A stretch of DNA of 63,868 nucleotides, counting the filler, from Phoronis australis (taxonomy: Eukaryota > Animalia > Phoronida): the NCBI GenBank assembly GCA_002633005.1. It is 7 parts of 7 records of this genome, joined end to end, with 100 filler letters (N's around TTAATTAATTAA, not from the genome) between each part and the next. Parts side by side here need not be neighbours in the genome. Positions count along the whole stretch, not along the records: positions 13,469 to 41,540 come from NMRA01001307.1; 6 more parts are not named here. The stretch is one strand, 5' to 3'. This document shows, piece by piece, positions 25,592 through 38,351 of the stretch (position 1 is the stretch's first letter; the number at the start of each line of letters is the position of its first letter). Below the pieces are notes generated by a model. It did no database searches. It was given only the letters and a program-made list of their open reading frames with translations, and was not told the origin of the DNA. The position numbers and the translations under genes are program-made.

Positions 25592-26374
25592 TTGATTATC
25601 CCAGACATAGTTTTCACTTATTGACAGCTTTTCGTAATTTAATTAATTATTCGTCTTTTACTCCGGAAGTGACGTTTTGAGAGGCAAGAATTTCGCGCCA
25701 ATTTCTTTTCATGTAATGCGACTGTGAGATCTGTCGAGTCAGTCATTTTTATACCTCGGCTGTGACAAGTTCGGTCGTCGTTTGCTTTTGTTTACGAGTC
25801 AGTCAACATGCCACACTGTTGCTGAATACCGGGAGGTACTCATCGCCCAGAGCCTGTAAGAAGCCCTGCTGCGATGTTAAGTAGAGGGAGTGAATACAGG
25901 CCCCGTTCGACACCCAGTGCAGAGGACAATTCGTCGTCCAATGAATAGATCAGAGAGCCAAACTTTGATAAGTTTATTGAGGACTTGTCTAAAATATTGG
26001 AACTATTTAGAAGGTGCCAGGTGTTTGGTGAGGGAGTCACACGCGCGGGATGTAAGCAGCTTGTGTGCTCAGGTCACCATCCAGTGGGAGTGTGTAGCGG
26101 GACACTCGGGCAAGTGGGACAATCGTTCCTCTGTGAGACGATAATGAGCACATTTCGGTACGCAGCAACAGTGTGACATGTCGACAGACTCGTAAACAAA
26201 CGCAAACCCAAACGACGACGAACTAATCACAACAGAGGTAGAATAATGACTGACTCGGCAGCTCTCACAGTACAGACTACATGAAAAGAAACGTCACTTC
26301 CGGAGTAAAGGACGAGTAATTGTTTAAATTACAAAAACCTATAACTATATGAAAAATATGTCTGGGATAATCAA
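25592..26374. mobile_element. Non-autonomous DNA transposon with ~230-bp TIRs, each ending in a THAP-like start
   Basis: 25592-25831 is an imperfect reverse complement of 26156-26374 (ttgattatcccagacata / tatgtctgggataatcaa; ctccggaagtgacgt / acgtcacttccggag). ATG 25808(+) gives MPHCC*IPG; ATG 26179(-) gives MSHCCCVPKC...HLPECP..HSHW...SRACD. Confidence 0.75.
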
Positions 26375-26516
26375 CCATTTGAATGACTGAGCATTGATGC
26401 CAGAAACCGGTAATTAAACTTACACATCATCTATTCTGCTGGTCAGACACACAGTGTTTGCATTGTGCGACTTAATTGCCGTGCCCAGAGCGTGACGACT
26501 TCCGGGTTTAAGAACT

Positions 26517-26670
26517 GGGTGCGTCCAGCAACGCTAGGACATACGCTAGGACCTAGCTAAAATCGAGCCAAAGTCCCGTGTTCTCGTTTAAAATACACGG
26601 CAATATCTCACATAAACTAGCGAAGTCTTGCTTTTTAGCGAAGTCGATCATAGCGTTACTGAACGGGAGG
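26517..26670. mobile_element. Short relative of the 16074-17132 Harbinger-like family
   Basis: gggtgcgtccagcaacgctaggac start; aaaatacacggcaatatctca and gcgaagtcttgc match 17044-17090 and the reverse of 16160-16280. Confidence 0.7.
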
Positions 26671-27884
26671 ATGTTGTTTGGGATCCGTCGTCACATGTCA
26701 GTCACGTGATGAACGTAGACCGTCATCGATGCTCCGTTTGCAGAGATTAAAAGCTGAGATGGGCTGGCGAAAATGGTAATTTTGAATGAATTAACAATGG
26801 AAATAATGCAGAATATAGTCTCTGGAAAAAAGGTCATAGAACAACTGTCCCGCCATCTAACGGGTAAAAAGGCATAGACAAGGCTAAAATCAACAAAACA
26901 TGGAGTAGAATCATAGTTAAAATACAGGAAATGTGGGTGGTAGCGGCCATGGGTCAAATAAACAGAAGAGTAAATATCTAATGGTGTTAACAATGAATGA
27001 AACTAATATGAGCAACTGATATTAAAAACCGACGCTACCCACGACAAAGTCATTCCGCATGACCTATATCACGAATAGCCAATGAGAGGGCCTGCAAAAG
27101 AAGTCATGGAGCATAGTGAAACGGCACAACATGATAACAATTTTAAGTTCAGAAAAGTAAAAGAAAATGAGTTACCCAAAAAATTTGTTGACCCGGTGTT
27201 TCCAATGTTTTATTAATTCCACGTATTTTCATTTTCTTTGCAAATGCTAATCGGTCAATATGTGTCATGCTGACATTATTGAACAATTGTTTGACATAAT
27301 ATTTCAATGTTAATAAAATAAATTGGACGTGCCATATGTACGACAGTTAGGTACCTTTATTGTGTGGTTTTCTTCCCAAAATCTTGCCCTCTTTTCACGG
27401 AGACACGACCTCTTTAGGTAGAAGCAATATTGCGCAAAGTAAAATGCACGTAAGGTCAGGTTGAGGATTTTCTTGAAGTTATAAGACAGAGTGGTATGAA
27501 TTGCGACAACTAAAAGATAATCTTGCAGCTTTATTATGGTAAAAAGTTAACAAAAGGAATTTTAACTGAATGTTAACCACAATGTCGGCGAAGCTTGACA
27601 TTTAATTATCTGACCGATGCTACCTAGGGGGAGGGGGGAGGGTGGGGAGGGGCAATGTTTGGGTGGCAAAATAGCTAAGTATGGCTCACTGTATTCATGT
27701 TTGTTTAAAACTTTGTTGGCACCATGGAAACCACTTCCTTGTCCGACTAATAGGAAGAAATTGTCGCTTAATACAAGACACGTCAGTAACTAGAGGAATG
27801 TTTTCTGTTGACGTCAGGCGCCAGATGGCATTGTGACGGCTGTTTTCAGATAGATTACATGTGAGTGTTCCTTTAAAAGATGTC

Positions 27885-28290
27885 TCTGAAGTTTGATATT
27901 CAGGTACATGTAGGGTTACACTACTTACTCTGACGTATGTAAGGGTTACACGATTTACTCTGAAGTTTGAAATGCAGGAAGGGCTACACGATTTTCTCTG
28001 AAGTTTGATATACAGATAGGGCTACATGGTTTACCCTGAAGATTGATATACAGGGCTACACGATTTACTCTGAAGTTTGATATACATGTAGGGCTACACG
28101 ATTTTCTCTGAAGTTTGATATACAGATAGGGCTACATGGTTTACCCTGAAGATTGATATACAGGGCTACACGATTTACTCTGAAGTTTGATGTACAGGTA
28201 GTGCTACACGATTTACTCTGGAGTTTGATGGACAGGTAGGGTTACACGATTTACTGGGAAGTTTGATATGCAAGTAGGGGTACACGATTC
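27885..28290. repeat. Minisatellite, ~34-38-bp unit x ~10-11
   Basis: gggctacacgatttactctgaagtttgatatacaggta-like units with higher-order alternation. Confidence 0.9.
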
Positions 28291-29478
28291 CGCCATCTCT
28301 TTTATCCTACGACGTATCATTCATCATCATCGTCATCATTTTGTTTATTCAACGTAGTAATCAACCCGGTCACCCGTCAGGAGCTTGTCCATGTGTTTGT
28401 GTTCGTTGGCATCGTTAGACCCACAAAACAAATAAGTTCAAACCAATTAATGTAACGTTCATAAGATTTAAGTAGTATGCCGTGAAACAAGCTACTTGCA
28501 AATGTTATTTTACAGAAAACAACGGACTTTACACCACTTGGGAAACATCACAAATGTTATCAATTTTAATAAGCATGCACACCCGTCCCACTTTGCTTTT
28601 GGCCAAATGATAAATTGCTTTAAGGGAAGGTTAGACCCTTGAGGTTTTCCTACCAATTAAAATGAATCCAGTTACAGAACAGTGTGGATGATCAATTCCG
28701 GTGTATAGAAAAACAACAAAAAGCTTATTTTGATTGATTAACTGTCGAACCTGTTGCAAGCGTAACAGGTGGAGGGGTTGTTTTGTACTTTTGTACAATA
28801 TGTCCGAAATGTTGATTTATTGTCGTTAAATCTATTAAGGCGATTATGAATATTTTGTTTTGTATTAGTTGTAGCTGCGTACATGTATCTTTATAACTGG
28901 AAATTAATAGGACAATAATGTTAAGAATGATTATGGCCGAAGTTTTCTTGCCACAACTGTGACAATATTTCCTCCCCGGGTTCAGTATTTAAATGACATG
29001 GCTATAGACACAGAGCAAGTGTTAACAAACTGAATATGTCATATTGATTTGTTGCAGTATTACACATAGGTTCCTATAAACATGCTTCTGTAGCTGTGTC
29101 GTTTTATTCAAAACGGATTCTTTTCAAATCAATATCATCATTTCGATTTCGCAAACTCAAACTTACTCTATGAGAAAGTATTGGAATCTGTCTTTACAAC
29201 TATAGAGAGGGGAAAAGCGTTACCTTTGTATTCGCTAAGGCCTAGTATTTACATAACACGTATTAGCTAAGACGAGCGTCATTGGAGACACACGCATTTC
29301 AGCACCTAATTTAATTCATTTTCTTCATTGGCATCGAGAAAATTACTATACGGTCTTGGGAACGCATGTTTGTCAAAACACGGATCAATCTCATGACCCT
29401 GGGGCGGATATAGGATTTCAGTGACAAATGAGGATTTAGTGCACCAGAGTTGCGCCAGGATCGTTTTTATTTTATCTC

Positions 29479-29713
29479 CAGTGGCGGATTTAAATTCTGC
29501 CAGGTACCATTTGGCAGTTCGGGGTGCGAATTGCTGACTAGCATACGCGCGCACCCAGGGGACTCGGGGGGGNTAGTAATAAAGTCGGCAAACCCAAAAA
29601 ATTGGAGACCCTGCATGCACCCCTACATTTTAGGCTGGCCGCGCGCGTGTAGCGAAATTCTGGTTATTCCTGTGCCCTGGCTCCCCTAACTCAAAATCCT
29701 GGATCCGCCCCTG
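29479..29713 (-). mobile_element. Non-autonomous element of the CAGGGGCGGATCCAGGATTTT family (hAT-like termini)
   Basis: Ends cagtggcggattt and aaaatcctggatccgcccctg; internally the reverse complement of 40637-41069. Confidence 0.75.
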
Positions 29714-32654
29714 ATTTCATTTTCGTCTCCCGATAGGTGCTTACATCCCTTGATCCCCGGAGATCCGCCATTGTTTAGTGACTTCCACAAATATACTAGC
29801 GTGCGTTTTGTAGAACAAATTTCTTGAGAGATTGGTGATATGACCGCCAAAGCCGCGTAAAATCTCGCGGGTGAAAAGCAACAAGTTCACATGTAAGTTC
29901 GAGACGTTACTAGCGTAAACTAGGAAAATTGCGGCCACTGAAGTGATTGGACGGCGAGTCTGAAATATTGCATTATGGAAAAAATTCATTGTTTCTATTC
30001 CGAAGGAAGATTTTTTGTGATTAGTGTCTCGCGAGTCATGGGACAGAAAGACTTTTCATTAATCAGGAAGGTCTACTTCTTCTTAAGTCAACATGTCTTC
30101 GCATAATTACATTTCTAAACATACTTTTGTGCTAACGAGAAGCAAACAGTAACTGTGTCATTTTCACCATATTTCAGTAAGTTGGCACTGAAAACCAACT
30201 GTTACACCCTTACCACAGTCACAAAGTATCTGTTTGTATTGTTTTTACTTATGTCGAGTAAGTGGTCCAAATTACATAAGTTAAAACAATGAAGCCCATC
30301 AATCTCATAGAGTGATTCAACGAAAACATTCGTCTTCGCTATTAGTTACTATGTATGTACATGTATTTGTTTCAATTTGAATTTTGCCATTTTGACCTGA
30401 CTTAATTAGCGCTTCAGCGGTCTTTGAAGTTAGATCTCACATTATAAAGCAATTAGGCGTATTGTACTCATTCTGGGCTATTAAGCCAATTTTTACGAAA
30501 ACAAAATTATATAAAACCAGAGGTGTAACGCTATGGGTAAGACGCTCAGTGCTAGTATGAATAACTGTTCTATTAGTTGTAGTAGGTGTGCATGACACCA
30601 TTACTCAAATCAAAGACAAATGATTAATTGCGGAAGACTTGGATTATACATTCTTTACACGCAATAAACTCGTGATACGTAAATTCAAGCTCGTTTCGTA
30701 GCCTTGTTTTGCATTTTGGCTTTTTGATCATAGGGACTTGAGTGTGCAGTGCACAGTCATTTCCCAGCTGCGCAGTTTGGCGGAAAGTACATACTTGATA
30801 TGGTATTCTAGCGTGGACATTAGTGTTAAACATGCCATTTTGCTCATAGGGCTTGGAGTTTTATCCACATTGCACGTTAAACAGTTAAGTACTTCGTTAC
30901 ACTAAAAACTCTAAGTCTAGACTCTTGCATTTGCTGACCTTTTGCTGAACAATGATATGCAGCATATGAAAGTAATATCATGCAGTACCACACGTGAATG
31001 GTAGTGTCAAATTTCCGCCGTTGAGTGGCGTTCCGTACATGGCTAGAGCAATAAAGTAATCAGTAAAATTCTTCAAATAATAAAATCTGGAACATTCTTT
31101 GTTACTCTTTACCAAAATTCAAAGTTAGGCTATTCCTCATGAAAGCAAACATTTTCGAATATAACTCCCTGCAACAGGATCCTACACAGGGTTCAGAACC
31201 TTGCAAACAATTTTGCAACAGCGCTTTATGAAAGACATGCATATTTTATTTTAGCCTTGGCGCAAAGCTGTATACTAATATAAAGCTTTGCGCCGATGTG
31301 TGTAAAAAGCTGACGAGATAAAATCTGACACAAAATTAGTGTCATTAAAAAATTAGTCTCTTCCTTGAGTAGACTTAATCATTTACCGTTGTTGAAAAAA
31401 ATGGCGTTCTACCGTTATTCTGCTGTTAAAATTTTGGTGCGATCTTTACATCGGCTTTCGGAGCCATGAAACATTGCGTCACCTATTGGCCAGTTTCTTT
31501 TTTCGTCAGATCTTCAATCAACTATTGTTCTTTCACGTCACAACAAATTATCGCCCTTGGTTTCACTTCCTTGCTAGGTTTTTGGTATTTTGATGCCAAC
31601 AAACCGAACTTCACAACAAATTTTGTTGCTGCGAAGCTGTCATCATCTCTCGAAAGATGAAGCATACTTTTCTTTCTTACAAAAGGTGGAGAATTACACA
31701 AGAAAATGACGTTTATTGGATTGCTTTTCACTTAATGTAAACGGTTATAACGGGCAAGGTGATTGCCGATTGACTCCCACAGTTTGCATGCACCCCAGCC
31801 CGTCTTTTGCTCTACATATCCTATTAACGCTGCGGCGAGGTGGCGAGCAGAACTACCCGGGGTGTGTGCAATTGCGAGGTCTATCGGAGCTCAACACACA
31901 CAGTGGTACCTAGCTGTATTTTGAAAATAGTCATACAGCTAGCAGGCTGGCTAATTTTACTTATGTTTGTTGGCTTAAAAACTGCAGTCTTAATTATTAT
32001 TTATTTTGAAGAAGTAAATTGCCCTGTGATGGGATGATGTTAATGAAAAGCTCTTTACGATATAGCAAGCTGTGCAAAGACGCAACTTGTGTATGAATTC
32101 CACTTGAAAGTATAATTTACGGAGCCGGAACTCCAAAATGGTGGATATCCTAATCTCCCGGCAGCACCTCAAAAATACTCAAATGATAGTTATACTAACT
32201 CCTAACAGCGTTTAATTCGGCCAGTCAAGTGGTTGACGGTTTCAAGGAAATTGTCCATGGAAGAGTTGTAAAGAACTACAGAATGGGTCATTTCGACAAA
32301 CGAAATGATGCCCTGCCCACCACAGTTACAGTTGTGAAGTCCTAGAGACGTAAAGCAAACCTGACAAAGCTTTCTGAATGCGCGATACCACAGATATGTT
32401 CCCTACAATAGTACACAGGCCCAGGGAGCTTTTAATGTTCCAACAACCTAACCCCTGACTATCTGCGTGCTAACACTGTTTTTTAAACCAGATACACTGC
32501 AAATCGACCATGTGTGCGATCCACAGACTTTTCCATCGAATTCTTTGAAACAAAATAATACTCTGTAACCCTCCACAACCCTCAAACGTTTGGAGGGAAA
32601 TTTGAAAACTCTTTTCAAAGTCTACTAAATGGGAAAGCGGAACCTACCCTTTTA

Positions 32655-32782
32655 GCACTGAAAAAGTGGGGGGACAATAGCCCTCCAGCTCCCCTGTGGT
32701 GCACCGCCCATAGACCATGGACGGCGCAGCACTGAAAAATGGGGGGCTATAGCCCCCAGCCCCCTATGGTGCGCCGCCCATG
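32655..32782. mobile_element. Two adjacent tiny CATGG...CCATG MITE copies
   Basis: agcactgaaaaa(g)tgggggg...ccag.ccc.t.tggtgc.ccgcccat occurs twice; the second is bounded by catggacggcgc and gcgccgcccatg. Confidence 0.55.
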
Positions 32783-33904
32783 ATCTGTCAAGATTGACGC
32801 CAATGATGTATTAGCAGGTGACAGAATGAGGATTGGTTGAAATAATTAAAATAGGGTTTAATATCCTTTTTTAAAAGTGATATATTACATGAGAAGTGCA
32901 ATCGCACAATTTACCCATTCAAGGCATATCATAAATTTTCATAGTAAGCCCAAGGGCATACATTCTAAAGTAGTATATCTTTACCTTCCTAGTACCGCAA
33001 GTATGACCATGGGCGTCCTTTCAGAAATAGGGTGTCCATAAACCGCAAACGTGCCAGCCGCACGGCCGTGAAATGAGGAGCTTTACACTTACTTTATGCG
33101 AAATTAAACCCATTCTTTTCAAGTTTTGATAAAGGCCACATGTAGTTATGGAAGTGATTTCTTTTATTTCGAAAAAATGCCAGTTCGTTATTTCTTTAAA
33201 CCAAGCTCATAATATTTCAGGTCACAATGACCTGAAATATTATTAGCTTTATCTGAAGAGCTAAAGGCGAACTATCAAGTCTTCCTGCTCTCAGAGAACA
33301 CTTGTAGGCTGAGAAAAGAGCGAGATAAGACCAAAATTATAACGCTTAGTTGCCTAAACCAAAACTTGTTTTTGACAGAAAGCGCAGTTTATTGACACTT
33401 ATTTTGTCGATAATGTCCCTCTCCTCGTAAAAAGGTTGTTTTTTTATTTCAAAGTCATGGTTCAGGCGCTCTATAGTTCACGAGGCACATTACGAAGAGC
33501 TGAGCATTCGTTATTGTAAATTTGCCTTGTAACTGCATTACTAGGCAAAGGGCTACATGCACATTTCAGATTATGGTTCTTAAAGAATTGTTTGCGATTG
33601 GCCGACCTTGTTCCAGCATTTTTGGAAACCCTACTGTAGGTTTTGCAAAAATGAACAAGGACCATAGACTGTGGCTCCGCAAGTAGGCTTATGTTCACAG
33701 AATTTACTGGGGCCTGTGGGAGAGACCGCTTTGAGGAAAATCTCCATAGTCTCGGGTCAGTTCTTTAGAAAAGGTCAACTGTGTATGTTCAATAGACACG
33801 TTATATACGTTATACCCAAGGACAAGGCGTGTTTGCGGAAGTGACCACGCTGCCAGCTCCAAATGACCTCTCGGGTATCTCGCATGGCTTTGCATGACGC
33901 ACGG

Positions 33905-36396
33905 CACTTTAAGCACGTATGAACTCAATGTAACTTGTAACTCGTTGGCTGTTGTGATTATTTCAGAACAAATCGATATAATTACACTAGGTGTTTCACT
34001 TCAATAAGATCTCACAAATGGTTACACTTGTTACAAAAGTTCTTCTTGTAAGACAGCTTGAGTGCATTTGTGCCTGTACATTTGACCGCGCTGAATTTAA
34101 CATTTTGGAATTTTAGAAGCTATAAAGTTATTTTTATTTAGATACCATTTCCCCTTGTTCTCATGCCATTTTAAGTTATCAATTTGACACTGTGTAAAAT
34201 GATTTATTGTTTTGGTATCCTAAATATTTGCACTAACCTACCAAATTGTAGAGGACGTTTCATTACTTTTTACGGATGTCAAGATTTTTAGATTACAAAC
34301 AAGAAAGAAGTAAATTCACATACTGTTTTTAACAAACGTTCTCAAGTGTAAGGACTGAAAAAATGGTGACTTGGCCGTAATCAAGGGTCGCAGAACACTT
34401 AATACTTTCCACAAAACTTACTCCGCACAAAGAACCCTGTTTGTGACAGTTCGGTCATCACACTTGAAATACTGAAAGCAACCAAAGTGTCACGTGACTT
34501 CATCTGTTTCTTTGTGATGCAAAAGCATCTATGATGTTTCAAACTGATGAATTTATTCAATGACCCGACAAGTAAGAAACCAACGCAAAACGAGCCTGAC
34601 ACTTTAAGCACGTATGAACTCAATGTAACTTGTAACTCGTTGGCTGTTGTGATTATTTCAGAACAAATCGATATAATTACACTAGGTGTTTCACTTCAAT
34701 AAGATCTCACAAATGGTTACACTTGTTACAAAAGTTCTTCTTGTAAGACAGCTTGAGTGCATTTGTGCCTGTACATTTGACCGCGCTGAATTTAACATTT
34801 TGGAATTTTAGAAGCTATAAAGTTATTTTTATTTAGATACCATTTCCCCTTGTTCTCATGCCATTTTAAGTTATCAATTTGACACTGTGTAAAATGATTT
34901 ATTGTTTTGGTATCCTAAATATTTGCACTAACCTACCAAATTGTAGAGGACGTTTCATTACTTTTTACGGATGTCAAGATTTTTAGATTACAAACAAGAA
35001 AGAAGTAAATTCACATACTGTTTTTAACAAACGTTCTCAAGTGTAAGGACTGAAAAAATGGTGACTTGGCCGTAATCAAGGGTCGCAGAACACTTAATAC
35101 TTTCCACAAAACTTACTCCGCACAAAGAACCCTGTTTGTGACAGTTCGGTCATCACACTTGAAATACTGAAAGCAACCAAAGTGTCACGTGACTTCATCT
35201 GTTTCTTTGTGATGCAAAAGCATCTATGATGTTTCAAACTGATGAATTTATTCAATGACCCGACAAGTAAGAAACCAACGCAAAACGAGCCTGACACTTT
35301 AAGCACGTATGAACTCAATGTAACTTGTAACTCGTTGGCTGTTGTGATTATTTCAGAACAAATCGATATAATTACACTAGGTGTTTCACTTCAATAAGAT
35401 CTCACAAATGGTTACACTTGTTACAAAAGTTCTTCTTGTAAGACAGCTTGAGTGCATTTGTGCCTGTACATTTGACCGCGCTGAATTTAACATTTTGGAA
35501 TTTTAGAAGCTATAAAGTTATTTTTATTTAGATACCATTTCCCCTTGTTCTCATGCCATTTTAAGTTATCAATTTGACACTGTGTAAAATGATTTATTGT
35601 TTTGGTATCCTAAATATTTGCACTAACCTACCAAATTGTAGAGGACGTTTCATTACTTTTTACGGATGTCAAGATTTTTAGATTACAAACAAGAAAGAAG
35701 TAAATTCACATACTGTTTTTAACAAACGTTCTCAAGTGTAAGGACTGAAAAAATGGTGACTTGGCCGTAATCAAGGGTCGCAGAACACTTAATACTTTCC
35801 ACAAAACTTACTCCGCACAAAGAACCCTGTTTGTGACAGTTCGGTCATCACACTTGAAATACTGAAAGCAACCAAAGTGTCACGTGACTTCATCTGTTTC
35901 TTTGTGATGCAAAAGCATCTATGATGTTTCAAACTGATGAATTTATTCAATGACCCGACAAGTAAGAAACCAACGCAAAACGAGCCTGACACTTTAAGCA
36001 CGTATGAACTCAATGTAACTTGTAACTCGTTGGCTGTTGTGATTATTTCAGAACAAATCGATATAATTACACTAGGTGTTTCACTTCAATAAGATCTCAC
36101 AAATGGTTACACTTGTTACAAAAGTTCTTCTTGTAAGACAGCTTGAGTGCATTTGTGCCTGTACATTTGACCGCGCTGAATTTAACATTTTGGAATTTTA
36201 GAAGCTATAAAGTTATTTTTATTTAGATACCATTTCCCCTTGTTCTCATGCCATTTTAAGTTATCAATTTGACACTGTGTAAAATGATTTATTGTTTTGG
36301 TATCCTAAATATTTGCACTAACCTACCAAATTGTAGAGGACGTTTCATTACTTTTTACGGATGTCAAGATTTTTAGATTACAAACAAGAAAGAAGT
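33905..36396. repeat. 695-bp tandem repeat, ~3.6 apparently identical copies
   Basis: Unit starts cactttaagcacgtatgaactc at 33905, 34600, 35295 and 35990. Identical spurious ORFs recur every 695 bp. The array ends at a single N (36397). Confidence 0.95.
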
Positions 36397-36397
36397 N

Positions 36398-36545
36398 ACA
36401 AGTTAACTGAACCAGTGTTGCACAAGTTAAGTGAGCCAGTGTCGCACAAGTTAAGTGAACCAGTGTCGCACAAGTTAACTGAACCAGTGTTGCACAAGTT
36501 AAGTGAACCAGTGTCGCACAAGTTAACTGAACCAGTGTTGCACAA
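36398..36545. repeat. 24-bp minisatellite x ~6
   Basis: cacaagttaaStgaRccagtgtYg units. Confidence 0.9.
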
Positions 36546-37542
36546 ATTTCATGCCATAATCAAACACGAAAAATCGCGTGCAAAACGAAACGACCATATA
36601 AAATAAAATTAAACGACGCATTCTTTAGTTTTTTTTTTTTAATTTTGGATTTATATGATATTCCGCTGATTACTTCTTATCGTGGCGTAATTAAGAAGAT
36701 GTGTTAAAATGTTGACCAGCTGCCATGGAATATCCATTTTCATACAAGCTGCCCAGACGCCAGACGTCGCTATTCGCCATCTGACCAATCAGACGCTGCA
36801 GAAACCGTTCATGGTATAGTTCCGTTAATTATCTTAACATAGCCAACGTTGCAAATCTGTTTTCAAGGACGTTAGATCATTTTTCTGTATCTGAAACTGT
36901 TTTAGAGACCATTTGTTGGGTATCTATAAACAGCGCCTGTTTGATATCGCTGACCGTGTTCGTATGATCTGCACAACCAAATCATAATTAATTAAAGTAG
37001 CTAAACAAATGCTTATACGAAGTACCTGCTCGTTACCATGATAACCAAGAGCAGATACATGTTAGAAGCCATGTTCAGAAATAACAAGGAGTTGTTATAA
37101 ATCATTAACCAAGTTAATTGCAAATCCAAGTTAAAATTTGCAGGACGTGAAGAGTTGGAACTGTGAGAATACTGGAAAAGCAAAACATATGCCCTCCCAT
37201 GGTTATCATTTCCGGAATATGACAACCGCTAACAGACAACATTGAGTAAATTACATAATTTCACTTACCAATAAGCATCAATAGAATGGAGATTCATTAG
37301 CGAAACATCTACCACTTTTATGAAACCAGTTTCTGACTAGCGCTTATGTGTTAAATAAAACAATACCAACAAGACTATATCACATCTGAAACAACCGTCT
37401 TGTAGATGCGACATTTTTCGAGACATCTAGCATTCAAGTGTTCAGCCACTGAAACGTGGTCAATGGTTTTCTTATACCAAACATCGAAATTAAGATAAAA
37501 AAGATAAAAACCATCGAGATAATAGTACCAACAAGTATGTGA

Positions 37543-37725
37543 CGACGATGGTGATGACTGAAGGAGGTGGTGATGACAACGATGATGGAGATGGTGGTGA
37601 TGATAGTAGTAGCGACGATAGCGGCGATGTTTAAAGTAGCGGCAGTGGTAATGGTGACAATTGTGGTGGCTGTGACGATGATGTTAGAAATGATAAAAAG
37701 ATATGTCGGTAGTGATTATGACGAC
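37543..37725. repeat. Degenerate (GAT/GGT/GAC)n trinucleotide low-complexity tract
   Basis: gacgacgatggtgatgac...ggtggtgatgatagtagtagcgacgat. Confidence 0.7.
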
Positions 37726-38120
37726 GTTGGTTATCAGTGTTAAGGAATCAGTTTTTATTTGGCCTCGAGATGGGTTGAAATGATTCCATGGCCCCGCCGC
37801 TAAATTCTTTCTTCGAACACCCAAACCCCATTCCCAGACCAGCATGGTTCCATTACTGGAACGTTGTCCTCAGCTATGGAGTTTGGTCTCCAGGCACAGA
37901 GTATTTTCAGAACGTGTGAGGAGTTCAGGAGCGCAGGAATTGAATTTGCACTGCACTTAGGTGTCTGCAATCGGGGTCCTAGTCTGGGGCTTAGGGGATT
38001 GAAGTTGGAATGTCACATCGTCTCCACCCATCTTTTTGGTTAAATGATATTTCCCAATTAGATAATGCAGATGAATGCTTTTCGACCGGCTCATTCATCC
38101 TTTTCTCCTTTTGCTTACAG

Positions 38121-38351
38121 ACAGCAGTTTCTTACTATCGAATGCCCGCGTTGTGGACTATCCTGTAGTCTACTCAAACGATGGCTTCATCAAGATGTCG
38201 GGCTTCACCAGGGCAGATATTATGCAGAAAAGTAGTACGTGCTCTTTCATGTTCGGAGAACTTACAGAAGAAGAGACCAAGTCCAAGTTGAAAGGAGCTC
38301 TCGAAGAACAAATTCAAATCCAAATTGAAATTCTGCTTTATAAGAAAAACA
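38121..38351 (+). CDS. eag: Ether-a-go-go K+ channel, coding exon 2 (PAS domain)
   Basis: Acceptor ttttgcttacag at 38120 and donor gtaagt at 38352; phase 1-1, in frame with exon 1 (Q-H-SSFLL). [48 protein letters not shown]...EILLYKKN is the eag PAS domain. Confidence 0.95.

Noticed and set aside
27885-28290. ~36-bp repeats superficially CRISPR-like (also 23811-23875, 36398-36545, 53920-54028)
   Set aside because: Units are directly tandem with no unique spacers, there are no cas genes, and the context is eukaryotic.
34399-36013. Three identical 74-aa ORFs as a tandem gene family
   Set aside because: By-product of the 695-bp repeat; TTG start, spans the unit junction, no domain.
36361-36606. 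KLTEPVLH/KLSEPVSH repeat peptide resembling a neuropeptide precursor
   Set aside because: It is the translation of a 24-bp minisatellite across an N junction, with no signal peptide or dibasic cleavage pattern.
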